64,000 bases of DNA, taken from assembly GCA_049792755.1 (NCBI GenBank), contig JBARBF010000135.1, positions 25,415-89,414 on the forward strand, given 5' to 3'. The translations under genes and the position numbers were made by a program. Positions 1 to 9,597 of the stretch are shown piece after piece (within the stretch, counting starts at the first letter, position 1; the number at the start of each line of letters is the position of its first letter). Below the pieces are notes generated by a model that had not been told where the DNA came from, did not search any database, and saw only the letters and a list, made by a program, of their open reading frames with translations. The DNA is from Bacteroidales bacterium. GTDB taxonomy: Bacteria; Bacteroidota; Bacteroidia; Bacteroidales; VadinHA17.

Positions 1-2
1 TG

Positions 3-413
3 ACAGAGTTAAAGGGTCTGGTAAACTCTGAAATATTAACGGATAAAACCGGAAATGATAAAGATGTCAGCCAGCAGTCGGGCGAATATTTGCTTAAAAT
101 TCCGGATAGTTATATGAAAGGTCTTAGTCAACTTTATTTACATGTAAATTATAATGGAGATAGAGGTGAATTAAGATTCGGGTATAAACTCATATCTGAT
201 AATTTTAATAATTTTACTCCCTGGCAGATAGCTCTTAAACAGTTCGGGAACCATATTGAAGGGCAGCAATTGAAATTAAAACTCTTTCCTTTCGAACCGG
301 ATTTCAAAATTTACTTTGACAGGCAATTAAGTAAGGATGAGAAAGAAAAAACATATATCAGAAATATTGAGTTTGTTCCTGAATACAGCTTAGATCTCTT
401 GTTGGGTAACTAA
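3..413 (+). CDS. 3' end of a gene entering from the left edge; C-terminal domain of unknown function (context suggests a glycosidase accessory domain)
   Basis: The frame is open from nt 3 to the TAA at 411-413. The TTG at 90 used by the ORF track has no in-frame stop upstream, so the N-terminus lies outside the window. No diagnostic motif recognised. Confidence 0.5.
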   Translation, partial: TELKGLVNSEILTDKTGNDKDVSQQSGEYLLKIPDSYMKGLSQLYLHVNYNGDRGELRFGYKLISDNFNNFTPWQIALKQFGNHIEGQQLKLKLFPFEPDFKIYFDRQLSKDEKEKTYIRNIEFVPEYSLDLLLGN

Positions 414-429
414 AACAACGAACAATTAA

Positions 430-3288
430 ATGATCAGGGTTTTTAAATTTAGCTGGCTGATAATTTTACTCGCGGGCTGCAGTGTCAGTCCGAATGAAAT
501 CAGGGAAAAGATTTCACTCGCAGGTGAATGGAGATTCAGAATCGATTCTCTTGATAAAGGAATTGAAAACAGGTGGTATACCGATCTGGCGGTTGAAACA
601 GTGAGACTTCCAGGATCAATGGCGGAGAACGGTAAAGGTGATGAGGTTACCATTAAAACGGACTGGACCGGAGAAATAGTCGATAAGTCTTATTTCACAG
701 ATAAAAAATATGAAAAGTATCGCCAGCCCGGAAATATTAAAATTCCTTTCTGGCTGAAACCAGTTAAATATTATAAAGGAGTTGCCTGGTATCAGAAAGA
801 AGTGGAGATCCCTACAGGCTGGAATAAGAAAGATATAATTTTATTTCTTGAAAGACCACATTGGGAGTCAACCGTGTATGTCAACGGTAAGAAAGCAGGC
901 ATTGAGAACAGCCTTGCTGTTGCCCATCAGTTCAATATAACCGATCTTCTTATCCCGGGTAAAAACCTGATCAGTATAAGGATTGATAACCGGGTAGTAA
1001 TACCTATTGGCATAAATTCTCATAGTATAACGGATCACACGCAAACTAACTGGAATGGGATAGTCGGCGATATTAGTCTGATTGCAACATCAAAAGTGTC
1101 GATAAGGAATGTGAGGGTATATCCCGATCTTAAAGGAGGAAAGGCAAAGATTATTGTTGCCTTAAGCAACAAATCAGGAAGTTCCTTCAATGGGGAAATT
1201 GATGTGCAGGCCAGCATCTTTAATTCCGGTGTTTCTCAGAAACTGGCAAAATCAACACTCGTTGCCAGGACCGATTCAAATGACATTCAGCTTATTATAG
1301 ACTTTCCAATGGGAAAAGAAGTTCAGGAGTGGAGTGAGTTCAGACCTGTACTATATAAACTTTCTGTTAAACTGAGGGGCGCTAAAGGTGAGACAGTTGA
1401 TACTCAGACGGTGGATTTTGGAATGCGTAATATAAAAGCAAATGGAACACGTTTTGAGATGAATGACCGGCAGATCTTCTTAAGAGGAACTCTTGAGTGC
1501 TGTATTTTCCCTCTTACAGGTTATCCCCCCACCGATGTCAAATCGTGGTTAAAAGTGCTGCAGACCTTTAAAGATTATGGATTGAACACTGTAAGATTTC
1601 ATTCATGGTGTCCCCCGGAAGCTGCATTTATCGCAGGTGACCAGCTTGGGATGTATTTTCAGATAGAATGTTCCTCCTGGGCAAATTCCGGGACGACTAT
1701 AGGCGATGGTAAAGCGGTAGATAAATTTATTTATGAGGAGGGTGACAAGATCATCAATGCGTATGGAAACCACCCTTCATTTTGTATGCTGGCATATGGC
1801 AACGAACCTGCCGGTGCAAATCAGAATGAATACCTGGGGAAGCTTCTGACCTACTGGAAAGCTGAAGATAACAGAAGGATTTATACTTCAGGCGCCGGCT
1901 GGCCGGCAATTCCTGAAAACGATTACAACCTTACTGCTGAACCGCGCATACAACGTTGGGGTGAAGGATTGAAAAGCATAATAAACAGGGAAGCGCCACA
2001 GACTATGTTTAATTTTCATGATATTATATCAAAATATAATATACCAACGGTAAGTCATGAGATAGGACAATGGTGCGTTTACCCTGATTTCAAGGAAATA
2101 GAAAAGTATACCGGTGTACTGAAACCAACAAATTTTGAAATATTCAGGGAGTCACTTACTGAAAATAATATGGGAGATCAGGCAGAGGACTTTCTTATGG
2201 CGTCAGGAAAGCTCCAGGCATTATGCTATAAAGCTGATATTGAGGCTGCCCTTCGCACACCAGGATTTGCAGGTTTTCAATTGCTTCAGTTGCATGACTT
2301 TCCCGGACAGGGGACAGCTCTGGTAGGCGTGCTTAATCCGTTTTTTGAATCAAAGGGTTATATCACACCTGAAGAATTCAGAATGTTCTGCAATCAGACA
2401 GTTCCTCTGGCAAAAATGCCAAAAATGGTATACAGTAATAATGAGGTCTTTAAAGCAGATATTGAAATAGCACATTTTGGTGAAAAACCGATAGAAAAGG
2501 CAGAGATTATTTGTCAGGTCACAAATGATAAAGGAGAAATAATCCGTAAGGAGATCTTTACAAAGGACAAAATAGAAATTGGGAATTGTACAGAAATCGG
2601 GGGATATCAGATGGATCTATCTGACCTGGAAAAGGCACAGAAACTGACACTTGAAGTACTGTTGCCGGATACCCCATATAAGAATAGCTGGGATTTTTGG
2701 GTGTACCCTGCAGCTCAGGAGATGATGAAGGGCAGGGTTATAGTGACAGATAAACTCAACAAGAATGCTGAAGAAGAGCTGAGACGAGGAGGTTCCGTGT
2801 TATTGCTTAATTATGGAAAAGTAGGAAATGAGAAAGGAGCACAGGTAGCAATAGGTTTTTCAACAGTTTTCTGGAACACTGCCTGGACCAATAATCAACC
2901 ACCTCATACACTGGGAATTCTTTGTGATCCCAAACATCCGGTTTTCAATTACTTCCCTACTGAGTTTCACAGCAACTGGCAATGGTGGGACCCGGTTTCT
3001 CATTCTCAGGTGATGATACTCGATGACTTTCCGGCAAATTTAAAACCATTGATTCAGCCGATCGATACCTGGTTTGAAAACAAGAGACTTGCCCTGGCTT
3101 TTGAAACAAAAACAAATGGTGGCAAATTGATGGTTTGTAGTATCGATCTTATGAATATGTCTGAGGAGAGAATTGTATCAAAACAACTTTTCATTTCTAT
3201 TTTGAACTATATGAACAGCGAGGCATTTAATCCTCAGATTGATGTTGATATCAGTAAAGTGAAAGAGTTGATGACCGGTACGAAATAA
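430..3288 (+). CDS. Glycoside hydrolase family 2-like lipoprotein (952 aa)
   Basis: Lipobox LLAGC near the N-terminus. GH2 sugar-binding-domain style block GVAWYQKEVEIPTGW...ILFLERPHWESTVYVNGKKAG. TIM-barrel style AYGNEPAG and SHEIGQW candidate catalytic Glu contexts. Confidence 0.8.
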   Translation: MIRVFKFSWLIILLAGCSVSPNEIREKISLAGEWRFRIDSLDKGIENRWYTDLAVETVRLPGSMAENGKGDEVTIKTDWTGEIVDKSYFTDKKYEKYRQPGNIKIPFWLKPVKYYKGVAWYQKEVEIPTGWNKKDIILFLERPHWESTVYVNGKKAGIENSLAVAHQFNITDLLIPGKNLISIRIDNRVVIPIGINSHSITDHTQTNWNGIVGDISLIATSKVSIRNVRVYPDLKGGKAKIIVALSNKSGSSFNGEIDVQASIFNSGVSQKLAKSTLVARTDSNDIQLIIDFPMGKEVQEWSEFRPVLYKLSVKLRGAKGETVDTQTVDFGMRNIKANGTRFEMNDRQIFLRGTLECCIFPLTGYPPTDVKSWLKVLQTFKDYGLNTVRFHSWCPPEAAFIAGDQLGMYFQIECSSWANSGTTIGDGKAVDKFIYEEGDKIINAYGNHPSFCMLAYGNEPAGANQNEYLGKLLTYWKAEDNRRIYTSGAGWPAIPENDYNLTAEPRIQRWGEGLKSIINREAPQTMFNFHDIISKYNIPTVSHEIGQWCVYPDFKEIEKYTGVLKPTNFEIFRESLTENNMGDQAEDFLMASGKLQALCYKADIEAALRTPGFAGFQLLQLHDFPGQGTALVGVLNPFFESKGYITPEEFRMFCNQTVPLAKMPKMVYSNNEVFKADIEIAHFGEKPIEKAEIICQVTNDKGEIIRKEIFTKDKIEIGNCTEIGGYQMDLSDLEKAQKLTLEVLLPDTPYKNSWDFWVYPAAQEMMKGRVIVTDKLNKNAEEELRRGGSVLLLNYGKVGNEKGAQVAIGFSTVFWNTAWTNNQPPHTLGILCDPKHPVFNYFPTEFHSNWQWWDPVSHSQVMILDDFPANLKPLIQPIDTWFENKRLALAFETKTNGGKLMVCSIDLMNMSEERIVSKQLFISILNYMNSEAFNPQIDVDISKVKELMTGTK

Positions 3289-3328
3289 AAAGAGTACGCT
3301 AGAGTTTATTTTCTGAAGCGCACTCTTT
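3289..3328. terminator. Hairpin between convergent genes (putative bidirectional terminator)
   Basis: aaagagtacgc (3289-3299) pairs with gcgcactcttt (3318-3328): 11 bp with one mismatch, 18-nt loop, T-rich on both sides. Confidence 0.45.
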
Positions 3329-3345
3329 GGGAATATATATGTTGA

Positions 3346-3909
3346 TTACTTAAGATCTGCTGTAAAAAACTTGACTTCTCCGTCCATCAGAACCTGAACA
3401 GCAATTTTCCTGGTTCCTTTTGACAGTTCTACAAAGTAACTGTCAACATCGTCAAACTGGATACCGTACATTATCATATCCGTTTCGTTTGCCTCGTTAT
3501 CGTCGTAAAAAATGACCTGTCCGGGTGTATAACCAGGGTATCTGGTTTTTATTTCGTTCTGACCTTTAACAGGTAAATCGGCATAAGTTTTAAATTCAGT
3601 CGTACCTACCAGATTTCCGTCAATATCATAATATCCTTTCATCTGGTGTCCTGCTTTTGTGAACGCAACCTCATCATATGTATTAACCCTTTTCCATTGT
3701 GCATTGGTGGCATCTGGAAAGGCGACCATAAAGTTGCTCTTAGCTTTTTCATTCACCACGGTTCCTTCAAGCTTTTTAAGCGCGACTCTTTCAGCTTTCT
3801 GTTCTTTTTTAACCTCTTTGGTCTTTGCTTTGTCCGGGGTTTGTGTTTGTCCGTGCAAAACAGAAACAGCGAACAAAAACGTAATTGATAGAATAGCTAG
3901 TTTTTTCAT
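3346..3909 (-). CDS. Secreted hypothetical protein (187 aa)
   Basis: N-terminal signal peptide MKKLAILSITFLFAVSVLHG, Lys/Glu-rich linker, then a beta-rich domain. Family not recognised with certainty. Confidence 0.6.
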   Translation of the reverse strand: MKKLAILSITFLFAVSVLHGQTQTPDKAKTKEVKKEQKAERVALKKLEGTVVNEKAKSNFMVAFPDATNAQWKRVNTYDEVAFTKAGHQMKGYYDIDGNLVGTTEFKTYADLPVKGQNEIKTRYPGYTPGQVIFYDDNEANETDMIMYGIQFDDVDSYFVELSKGTRKIAVQVLMDGEVKFFTADLK

Positions 3910-4003
3910 AATAAAAATTGTTGATTAAAATATTTGGCATTATGTTTAAATAAAAGATAACAAACTTTTACCTGACAAATATATTTCTTAATCAATTTTG
4001 ATG

Positions 4004-4046
4004 GATTAATATCTGATTAATGTAAGATTAAGAAATGATTAAGAAG
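4004..4046 (-). promoter_or_regulatory. Phased direct-repeat array GATTAA(T/G) x4, read as (A/C)TTAATC on the minus strand; candidate response-regulator operator
   Basis: Copies start at 4004, 4015, 4026 and 4038 (spacing 11, 11, 12 nt), 95-135 nt upstream of the ATG at 3909. An inverted copy ttcttaatc sits at 3985-3993. Confidence 0.35.
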
Positions 4047-4182
4047 AATCCGGCCCAGATTGAACTGTTTAACCCTGGAACAGTTGAACCTGTGATTAAA
4101 ATATTCTCGTTGTATTATAAAAGGAATATCCCAGACAAATGAATTACAATAACCTGAACGGGTAAAATTTACAAATGAATGA

Positions 4183-5802
4183 TCAATCTTCTTTTATGGG
4201 GATTGAAAACATGAATTCACTTCCAGTGGTCTCGATACATTCGACCCATATCCTGCCTCCAAGTTTCTCAACAAATTCTTTGCTAAGCTTAAGGCCCAGC
4301 CCGGTTCCCTGTTCATTTTCAGTTCCGGGATTTGAATTCCTGGTGTCTAATTTGAACAACTCTTTAATCTTTTCTTCGGATATACCGATACCTGAATCTT
4401 TTACAGAAACAACGACTTCATCATTTGTTCTGGTTGTAGTGACTGCAACTCTGCCCGATTTATAAGTAAATTTCACTGCATTGCTCAGGAGGTTCCTCAG
4501 AATAGTATTGATCATGTTTTTATCAGAGTATACGAAAATATCATCTTCTGCTTTATAATACATTTTTATGTCTTTATTTGCTGCAGCTAACTGCTGGGAA
4601 GAAATATTTTCATTTATCAGATTTCTCAGGTTGACCCTCTCGGGATTTATTTTCAATAACCCTGTTTGTGACCTGGACCAGTCAAGTAAGTTCTGGAGTA
4701 TTGCATATCCCGATTTTGCTGAATCATTCAAGATAAGGGCAAGTTCCCTTATGTTTTCCGTTTCCAGGCTACCAATATTCTCATATAATAATTCAGAAGA
4801 TCCCAGAAGGCTTGTAAATGGATTTTTTAGATCGTGAGCGATGATATTGAAGAATTTGTCTTTCGTTGCATTAAGCTCTCTCAATTGGCTCTCTCTTTCG
4901 CGTAAAGCTTCTTCAGATGCCTGTCGTTGAATGTCTATTATGTTGACCGATCTGGCTGTCATCCAAACAAGTACAAGAAAGCAGATAGTGTATATAATTG
5001 CCAGCAGAATAACATCTTCTTCAGATTTGAATAAACTTGCACGGTCACCTTCTTTATGCAACCATCCGATAACCAGTGGCAAAATTATAAGGGCAGGAAT
5101 AAGTTTCCTTGCAAAAATTCCACCGGTGTTCCGGGATGTAAACGTCTTTAAAAGCCATGTTTGAGGTCTCATAAGAAAAACAGAAGTGCAGAGTGAGAAG
5201 AAGGCTATGTCGGTATTCAGAGGAATTGAAATATTGCTTAATCCGATTACTGAATTTACATCGAGTATATATTTGACAATTGTATAATAACTTATAAAGA
5301 AAACGGGGATCATTAAAAAATGTGCAATTCCTGATAATTTGTCTTCCTTTGCCAATAGTAGTAAAAGCATTGCACCTGTCAGCAAAAAATTGAAGGATGT
5401 CAAAAGTGTTATTCTTTTTTCAGGAGAGAGGAAAAAACTTAAAGAGGAATCAGCAGTCAAGGATAATTCATGACCCGTCTCAAAAGAATAGAGTAAGGCA
5501 TAAACAGAAACCAGGTTTATACAACAAATGACAGTCGCAAGAACTATTGGCAGAAGCTTCATGATAATTAAAGGTGAATCAATAAGAATAATTACAAGCG
5601 CTGAAGCTGTTATAATAAAACAAAATGCAGTCATAAGGTTCATTGATCCCAGGTGTGGGATCAGGCTTTTAAAGAGGGAAATGTTGAATATCCACCCGGC
5701 AAGATCCAGCAAGCTTAAAAACAGCGCCAAAGAAACCGATATCCATATAGCAATCTGCCTTGCCCGTGGTATACCCGATAAGAACAATCTTGTTTCTGGC
5801 AT
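4183..5802 (-). CDS. Membrane sensor histidine kinase
   Basis: Multi-helix hydrophobic N-terminal half. H-box FFNIIAHDLKNPF, N-box LLSNAVKFT, G1 VKDSGIGIS, G2 GTGLGLKLSKEF. Confidence 0.9.
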   Translation of the reverse strand: MPETRLFLSGIPRARQIAIWISVSLALFLSLLDLAGWIFNISLFKSLIPHLGSMNLMTAFCFIITASALVIILIDSPLIIMKLLPIVLATVICCINLVSVYALLYSFETGHELSLTADSSLSFFLSPEKRITLLTSFNFLLTGAMLLLLLAKEDKLSGIAHFLMIPVFFISYYTIVKYILDVNSVIGLSNISIPLNTDIAFFSLCTSVFLMRPQTWLLKTFTSRNTGGIFARKLIPALIILPLVIGWLHKEGDRASLFKSEEDVILLAIIYTICFLVLVWMTARSVNIIDIQRQASEEALRERESQLRELNATKDKFFNIIAHDLKNPFTSLLGSSELLYENIGSLETENIRELALILNDSAKSGYAILQNLLDWSRSQTGLLKINPERVNLRNLINENISSQQLAAANKDIKMYYKAEDDIFVYSDKNMINTILRNLLSNAVKFTYKSGRVAVTTTRTNDEVVVSVKDSGIGISEEKIKELFKLDTRNSNPGTENEQGTGLGLKLSKEFVEKLGGRIWVECIETTGSEFMFSIPIKED

Positions 5803-5911
5803 ATGTCCTGAAGTTTAATTTACACAGGATATTGTAATTCTCCAAAAATATTTATAAATCTGAAAATCAAAACAGATTTTATTTAACTTGCACAATTATA
5901 ACTGAAAGAAA

Positions 5912-6595
5912 ATGAAAATATTGTTGGTTGAAGATGATCCTAAAATATCATCGTTTGTAAAGATAGGCTTAGAAAGTAATAATTGTCTTGTGGACATAGC
6001 TTATGACGGTACCATTGGAGAAAAACTGGCCCTTTCAAGAAAATATGATGTCATTATTCTCGATGTTGTGATTCCCGGCATTTCGGGATTTGATTTATGT
6101 AAGAAGATCAGGAACAGTAATAATCTTACACCTGTTATAATGCTGACATCTCTTGATTCCATTGACGATAAGCTGACCGGATTTGATTGCGGGGCTGATG
6201 ATTATCTTGTAAAGCCATTCAGTTTCCAGGAACTTTTTGCACGAATAAAAGCATTGATACGCAGGAACAGGGAGGCTATAGTGAATCCGGTTTTAAAAGT
6301 CCTTGATCTTGAAGTTGATTCAATCTCAAAAAAAGTTATACGCAACGGAAAAGAAATTAATCTGACAGCCACCGAATATAAAATCCTGGAACTGCTGTTA
6401 AGCAATAAAGGTAAAGTATTTGACAGAATGAATATTGCCGAAAAAATCTGGGGTTTTTCATTTAATTCGGGAACAAATGTGATAGATGTACATATAAACT
6501 CGTTAAGGAATAAAATAGATAAAGATTTCCCTCAGAAACTGATCCATACAAAAAAAGGGTTTGGATACGTATTGAGTGAAGAACCCGAGGGGTAA
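5912..6595 (+). CDS. OmpR/PhoB-family response regulator
   Basis: Receiver domain MKILLVEDDP...DVIILDVVIPGISG...VKPF. C-terminal winged helix LTATEYKILELLL...IDVHINSLRNKID...TKKGFGY. Confidence 0.92.
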   Translation: MKILLVEDDPKISSFVKIGLESNNCLVDIAYDGTIGEKLALSRKYDVIILDVVIPGISGFDLCKKIRNSNNLTPVIMLTSLDSIDDKLTGFDCGADDYLVKPFSFQELFARIKALIRRNREAIVNPVLKVLDLEVDSISKKVIRNGKEINLTATEYKILELLLSNKGKVFDRMNIAEKIWGFSFNSGTNVIDVHINSLRNKIDKDFPQKLIHTKKGFGYVLSEEPEG

Positions 6596-6661
6596 TAAAT
6601 TTTGCCTGAACCGGAAGAAAAGATTTTTTTTTATAAGCCGACAGATAATAATGATTCACAT

Positions 6662-6701
6662 TCTTAATGGAATCTTAATCTAAAATTAATTTTGTCTTAA
6701 T
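6662..6701 (+). promoter_or_regulatory. TCTTAAT direct repeats phased at 11 and 22 nt; candidate response-regulator operator upstream of sodB
   Basis: tcttaat at 6662-6668, 6673-6679 and 6695-6701. Same core and same orientation relative to the downstream gene as the 4004-4046 array. Confidence 0.35.
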
Positions 6702-6736
6702 TATTCTCATTCCGCATACCTGTAGCTTTGATTAGC

Positions 6737-6786
6737 CGTGATTTCCATTTAATTAATCGTGATTTCTAATTGATTTAACGATCAAT
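6737..6786 (+). promoter_or_regulatory. CGTGATTTC direct repeat (21-nt phasing) followed by an ATTGAT-N6-ATCAAT palindrome in the sodB promoter region
   Basis: cgtgatttc at 6737-6745 and 6758-6766. attgatttaacgatcaat at 6769-6786, 36 nt upstream of the ATG at 6822. Confidence 0.3.
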
Positions 6787-6821
6787 ACATTGAAATACAA
6801 ACTATTAAAGCTAAATATAAA

Positions 6822-7421
6822 ATGAAATTTGAGTTATCTGAGTTGCCTTATGATTTGAATGCTCTGGAGCCATATATTTCTAAAATGACGCTTGAGCTTC
6901 ATCAATCAAAACATAATCAGGCTTATATAACTAATCTTAACAGCGAAATTGGCAGGACAAATTATAAAAACTTAGATCTGGAAACAATTATTAGAGTAGC
7001 AGATGGTCCCGTTTTTAATTATGCTGCCCAGGCATGGAATCATAAATTCTATTTTGAAGGTTTAAATCCGGAGAACCGTAAAACCCTGAAAGGCCCTTTT
7101 GCAGATTTAATTAAAAGGAATTTTGGTTCCGTCTCCTTCTTTAAAAACTCTTTTATAAAAGCCTCCTTATCATTGTTCGGAGCCGGATGGGCGTGGCTGG
7201 TCCTGAATTCGGAAGGATCCATTGAAATAATCCTGAAGTGCAATGCAGGAAATCCATTGCGTATCGGATTAGTGCCCTTATTGAACTGCGATTTATGGGA
7301 ACATGCATATTATCTCGATTATCATGACAGGAAAAAAGATTATTTAGAGGCTTTCTGGAAGCTTATTAATTGGGAAATGATTGAAAAAAGATATGATGAA
7401 AATGCTGCAATAATATATTAG
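6822..7421 (+). CDS. sodB: Fe/Mn superoxide dismutase
   Basis: LPYDLNALEPYIS. Metal-ligand contexts ELHQSKH, AAQAWNHKFY and DLWEHAYYLDY are all present. Confidence 0.95.
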   Translation: MKFELSELPYDLNALEPYISKMTLELHQSKHNQAYITNLNSEIGRTNYKNLDLETIIRVADGPVFNYAAQAWNHKFYFEGLNPENRKTLKGPFADLIKRNFGSVSFFKNSFIKASLSLFGAGWAWLVLNSEGSIEIILKCNAGNPLRIGLVPLLNCDLWEHAYYLDYHDRKKDYLEAFWKLINWEMIEKRYDENAAIIY

Positions 7422-7565
7422 TTAATTCTATGTTAAAATATTCTTTTGAAAGAATATTTGGAGATATTCAATTGTCTGATAAATATCAGGAACGATTAAA
7501 TCAGGGTAACCAGTCAGGTTAAGATTAAGAAAAAATGGTACAACTCTTATTAATACCAGCTAATC

Positions 7566-7805
7566 ATGAAAATTTATATTAAAAATATGGTGTGCCTGGG
7601 AACAAGATTTTTTGTAATCCAGGAACTCAAAGGCCTTGGTTTTAAATATAATTCATTTGAATCAGGAGAAATTGACTTTGAAGACAATTTATCACGAGCT
7701 GAGAAAAAAAAATTATACCAGTCTATGCAACAATATGGACTTGAACTGAAGTTCGTAGAAAGTGACTTATTATCTAAAATCCGGTATTCATTCCTGAACA
7801 GGTAG
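7566..7805 (+). CDS. Small protein resembling only the N-terminal HMA-like domain of Bacteroidota AraC-type regulators (stand-alone or truncated remnant)
   Basis: MKIYIKNMVC...ELKGLGF resembles the MxIxIKNMVCxRC N-terminal module recalled from AraC-family proteins. The second Cys is missing (CLGT), and no HTH domain follows before the stop at 7803-7805. Confidence 0.4.
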   Translation: MKIYIKNMVCLGTRFFVIQELKGLGFKYNSFESGEIDFEDNLSRAEKKKLYQSMQQYGLELKFVESDLLSKIRYSFLNR

Positions 7806-7896
7806 AATTTAGTAAGTTCCCGGAACCAATTTTCAAACTTACCAGGAAAACAAGGTGTGTTTTTTCTCATCAGATTATCAATAGACTAAAAAATTT

Positions 7897-8739
7897 ATGA
7901 AAAATATAATCGTTCCTATAGATTTTTCAAATGAGTCGCTTGACGGTTTGAGTATGGCTTTGATGATGGCTAAAAAGACCGGGGCAAATATTCAGATGGT
8001 TCATGTTATCGGAAAGAATATTGATAATAATGAGCTTCTTGAAAAGGAGAATCAGCTGGCAAAAAGGAAATTTGAAGGAATCCTGCAAAAATGCAAAGAT
8101 GACGGAATTATAAATTGTGCATTGAATTATACAATCAGGGAAGGCAGGATTTTCCATGAAATTACAACCCTGGCAGACAAGTTTGAAGATTCTCTGATCG
8201 TACTTTCCACTCACGGGGAATCGGGCTTTGAAGAATTGTTCATTGGAGGTAATGCCTACAAAATTGCATCACATTCGAAGAATCCTGTTATCACTGTCAG
8301 GAAATGCAAAATATCGCAAAATATTGATAAGATAGTCCTGCCTCTTGATATTACCCTTCAAACACGCGAAAAAGTTCCCTATACCGTGAAGCTTGCAAAG
8401 CTTTTTGGTTCTGAAATTCACCTGATTACGGTACGAGCATCGCATTTAAGGAGTACTGAAAAAAAACTTTATAAATATACCGAACAGGTTTGCTCTTACT
8501 TCTGGGATCATGACATTCCATATAAAGTTGAACATCTCACAGGGGGTAACCTGACTGATTTAATACTTGAGTATTCAGTTTCAGCAAATGCCGATCTTAT
8601 TTCAATAATGACCGAACAGGAGAAGAGTGTATCCAATTTACTTTTGGGAACCTATGCTCACCAGATGATAAATAAAGCCAGGATACCCGTATTATCCTTC
8701 CCGACATATCATCTGGGCAATTACGCTGAAGATTTTTAA
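7897..8739 (+). CDS. Universal stress protein, tandem UspA domains
   Basis: Two Usp halves begin IIVPIDFSNES and IVLPLDITLQT. LIVLSTHGESG nucleotide-binding-type motif. Confidence 0.85.
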   Translation: MKNIIVPIDFSNESLDGLSMALMMAKKTGANIQMVHVIGKNIDNNELLEKENQLAKRKFEGILQKCKDDGIINCALNYTIREGRIFHEITTLADKFEDSLIVLSTHGESGFEELFIGGNAYKIASHSKNPVITVRKCKISQNIDKIVLPLDITLQTREKVPYTVKLAKLFGSEIHLITVRASHLRSTEKKLYKYTEQVCSYFWDHDIPYKVEHLTGGNLTDLILEYSVSANADLISIMTEQEKSVSNLLLGTYAHQMINKARIPVLSFPTYHLGNYAEDF

Positions 8740-8770
8740 ACTTAAAACTAATTTTCATTTATCTTAACTG

Positions 8771-9544
8771 ATGAGAAAACTAAACATCCGGCCCTCATTT
8801 CTTCAAATCTTGTACCTGATAATCTTTATTATCCTGTTTGCTTTCATAATATATACTCCGACTTTAATTAAGGGTCCTGTAAGTCTGACTCCGAAATTTA
8901 TATTGGAAGAGGAAACATTTGAAGGGTTCCTCATCTGTGTTTTGTTTATTATAAGTATTTTAATCTTAAATTTATATAAACGTGAAGTTGACAAACATAA
9001 AGAACTGATAAATAAAATTAATGATGAGAAAAAGAAAGTAGAGGAGAGGCTTAACGATTCAGAAAAATATATTGCAATTATGAATGTTCAGATTCAGGAG
9101 ATTAAATCGATTTTTAATACAGTCGACAAATATCCTGAAACAAAAGACGGATTGAAAAAAGCTTTTAATTTTTTTGGTGACCGGGTAATTGGAATTGTAA
9201 ATTCAGAATGGGTGTTATTCAGAATAATTGACAACAAAAATCAGAGAACTGTATGTGAGCATTTTGGATCCAGGAAGGGATTGAAGCATAGCTATCCTCA
9301 TGTAAGCAACAAAATGATCATTGAAAAAGAAACTGTTTTACCCTACAGCTATGTAATTTCAAATCCTAAAAATTTAAATATCCTCATAGCATGCATAATG
9401 CCAATTGATAAAATCACCAATGATCAGCACGTATTTATTCAGGCAATAATAAATGAAATTACCAAGCTTTTTGTAATATTGAATTCATTGTATTACAAAA
9501 AAGAAAGTAACCTGGTTTTTGAGGATAACACCGACAAAAGATAG
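8771..9544 (+). CDS. Hypothetical membrane protein with coiled-coil segment
   Basis: Two N-terminal hydrophobic helices, a Lys/Glu-rich coiled region (KELINKINDEKKKVEERLN), and a C-terminal globular part of unknown family. Confidence 0.55.
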   Translation: MRKLNIRPSFLQILYLIIFIILFAFIIYTPTLIKGPVSLTPKFILEEETFEGFLICVLFIISILILNLYKREVDKHKELINKINDEKKKVEERLNDSEKYIAIMNVQIQEIKSIFNTVDKYPETKDGLKKAFNFFGDRVIGIVNSEWVLFRIIDNKNQRTVCEHFGSRKGLKHSYPHVSNKMIIEKETVLPYSYVISNPKNLNILIACIMPIDKITNDQHVFIQAIINEITKLFVILNSLYYKKESNLVFEDNTDKR

Positions 9545-9597
9545 AAGCTAAAGCACATTTATTCCGTTAAAACACATATGTGGATTTAATGATTGTG

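Noticed and set aside
3646-3928. Plus-strand ORFs (80 and 89 aa) opposite the secreted-protein gene; also the minus-strand ORFs inside the GH2 gene at 47166-48816
   Set aside because: They are antisense shadows of well-supported coding frames, with no independent signals.
4047-4065. ccggcccagattgaac as a third sigma54-type promoter
   Set aside because: GG and TTGA are separated by about 7 nt rather than 9-10. There is no TGG, no upstream TGTAGC block, and no appropriately placed gene start.
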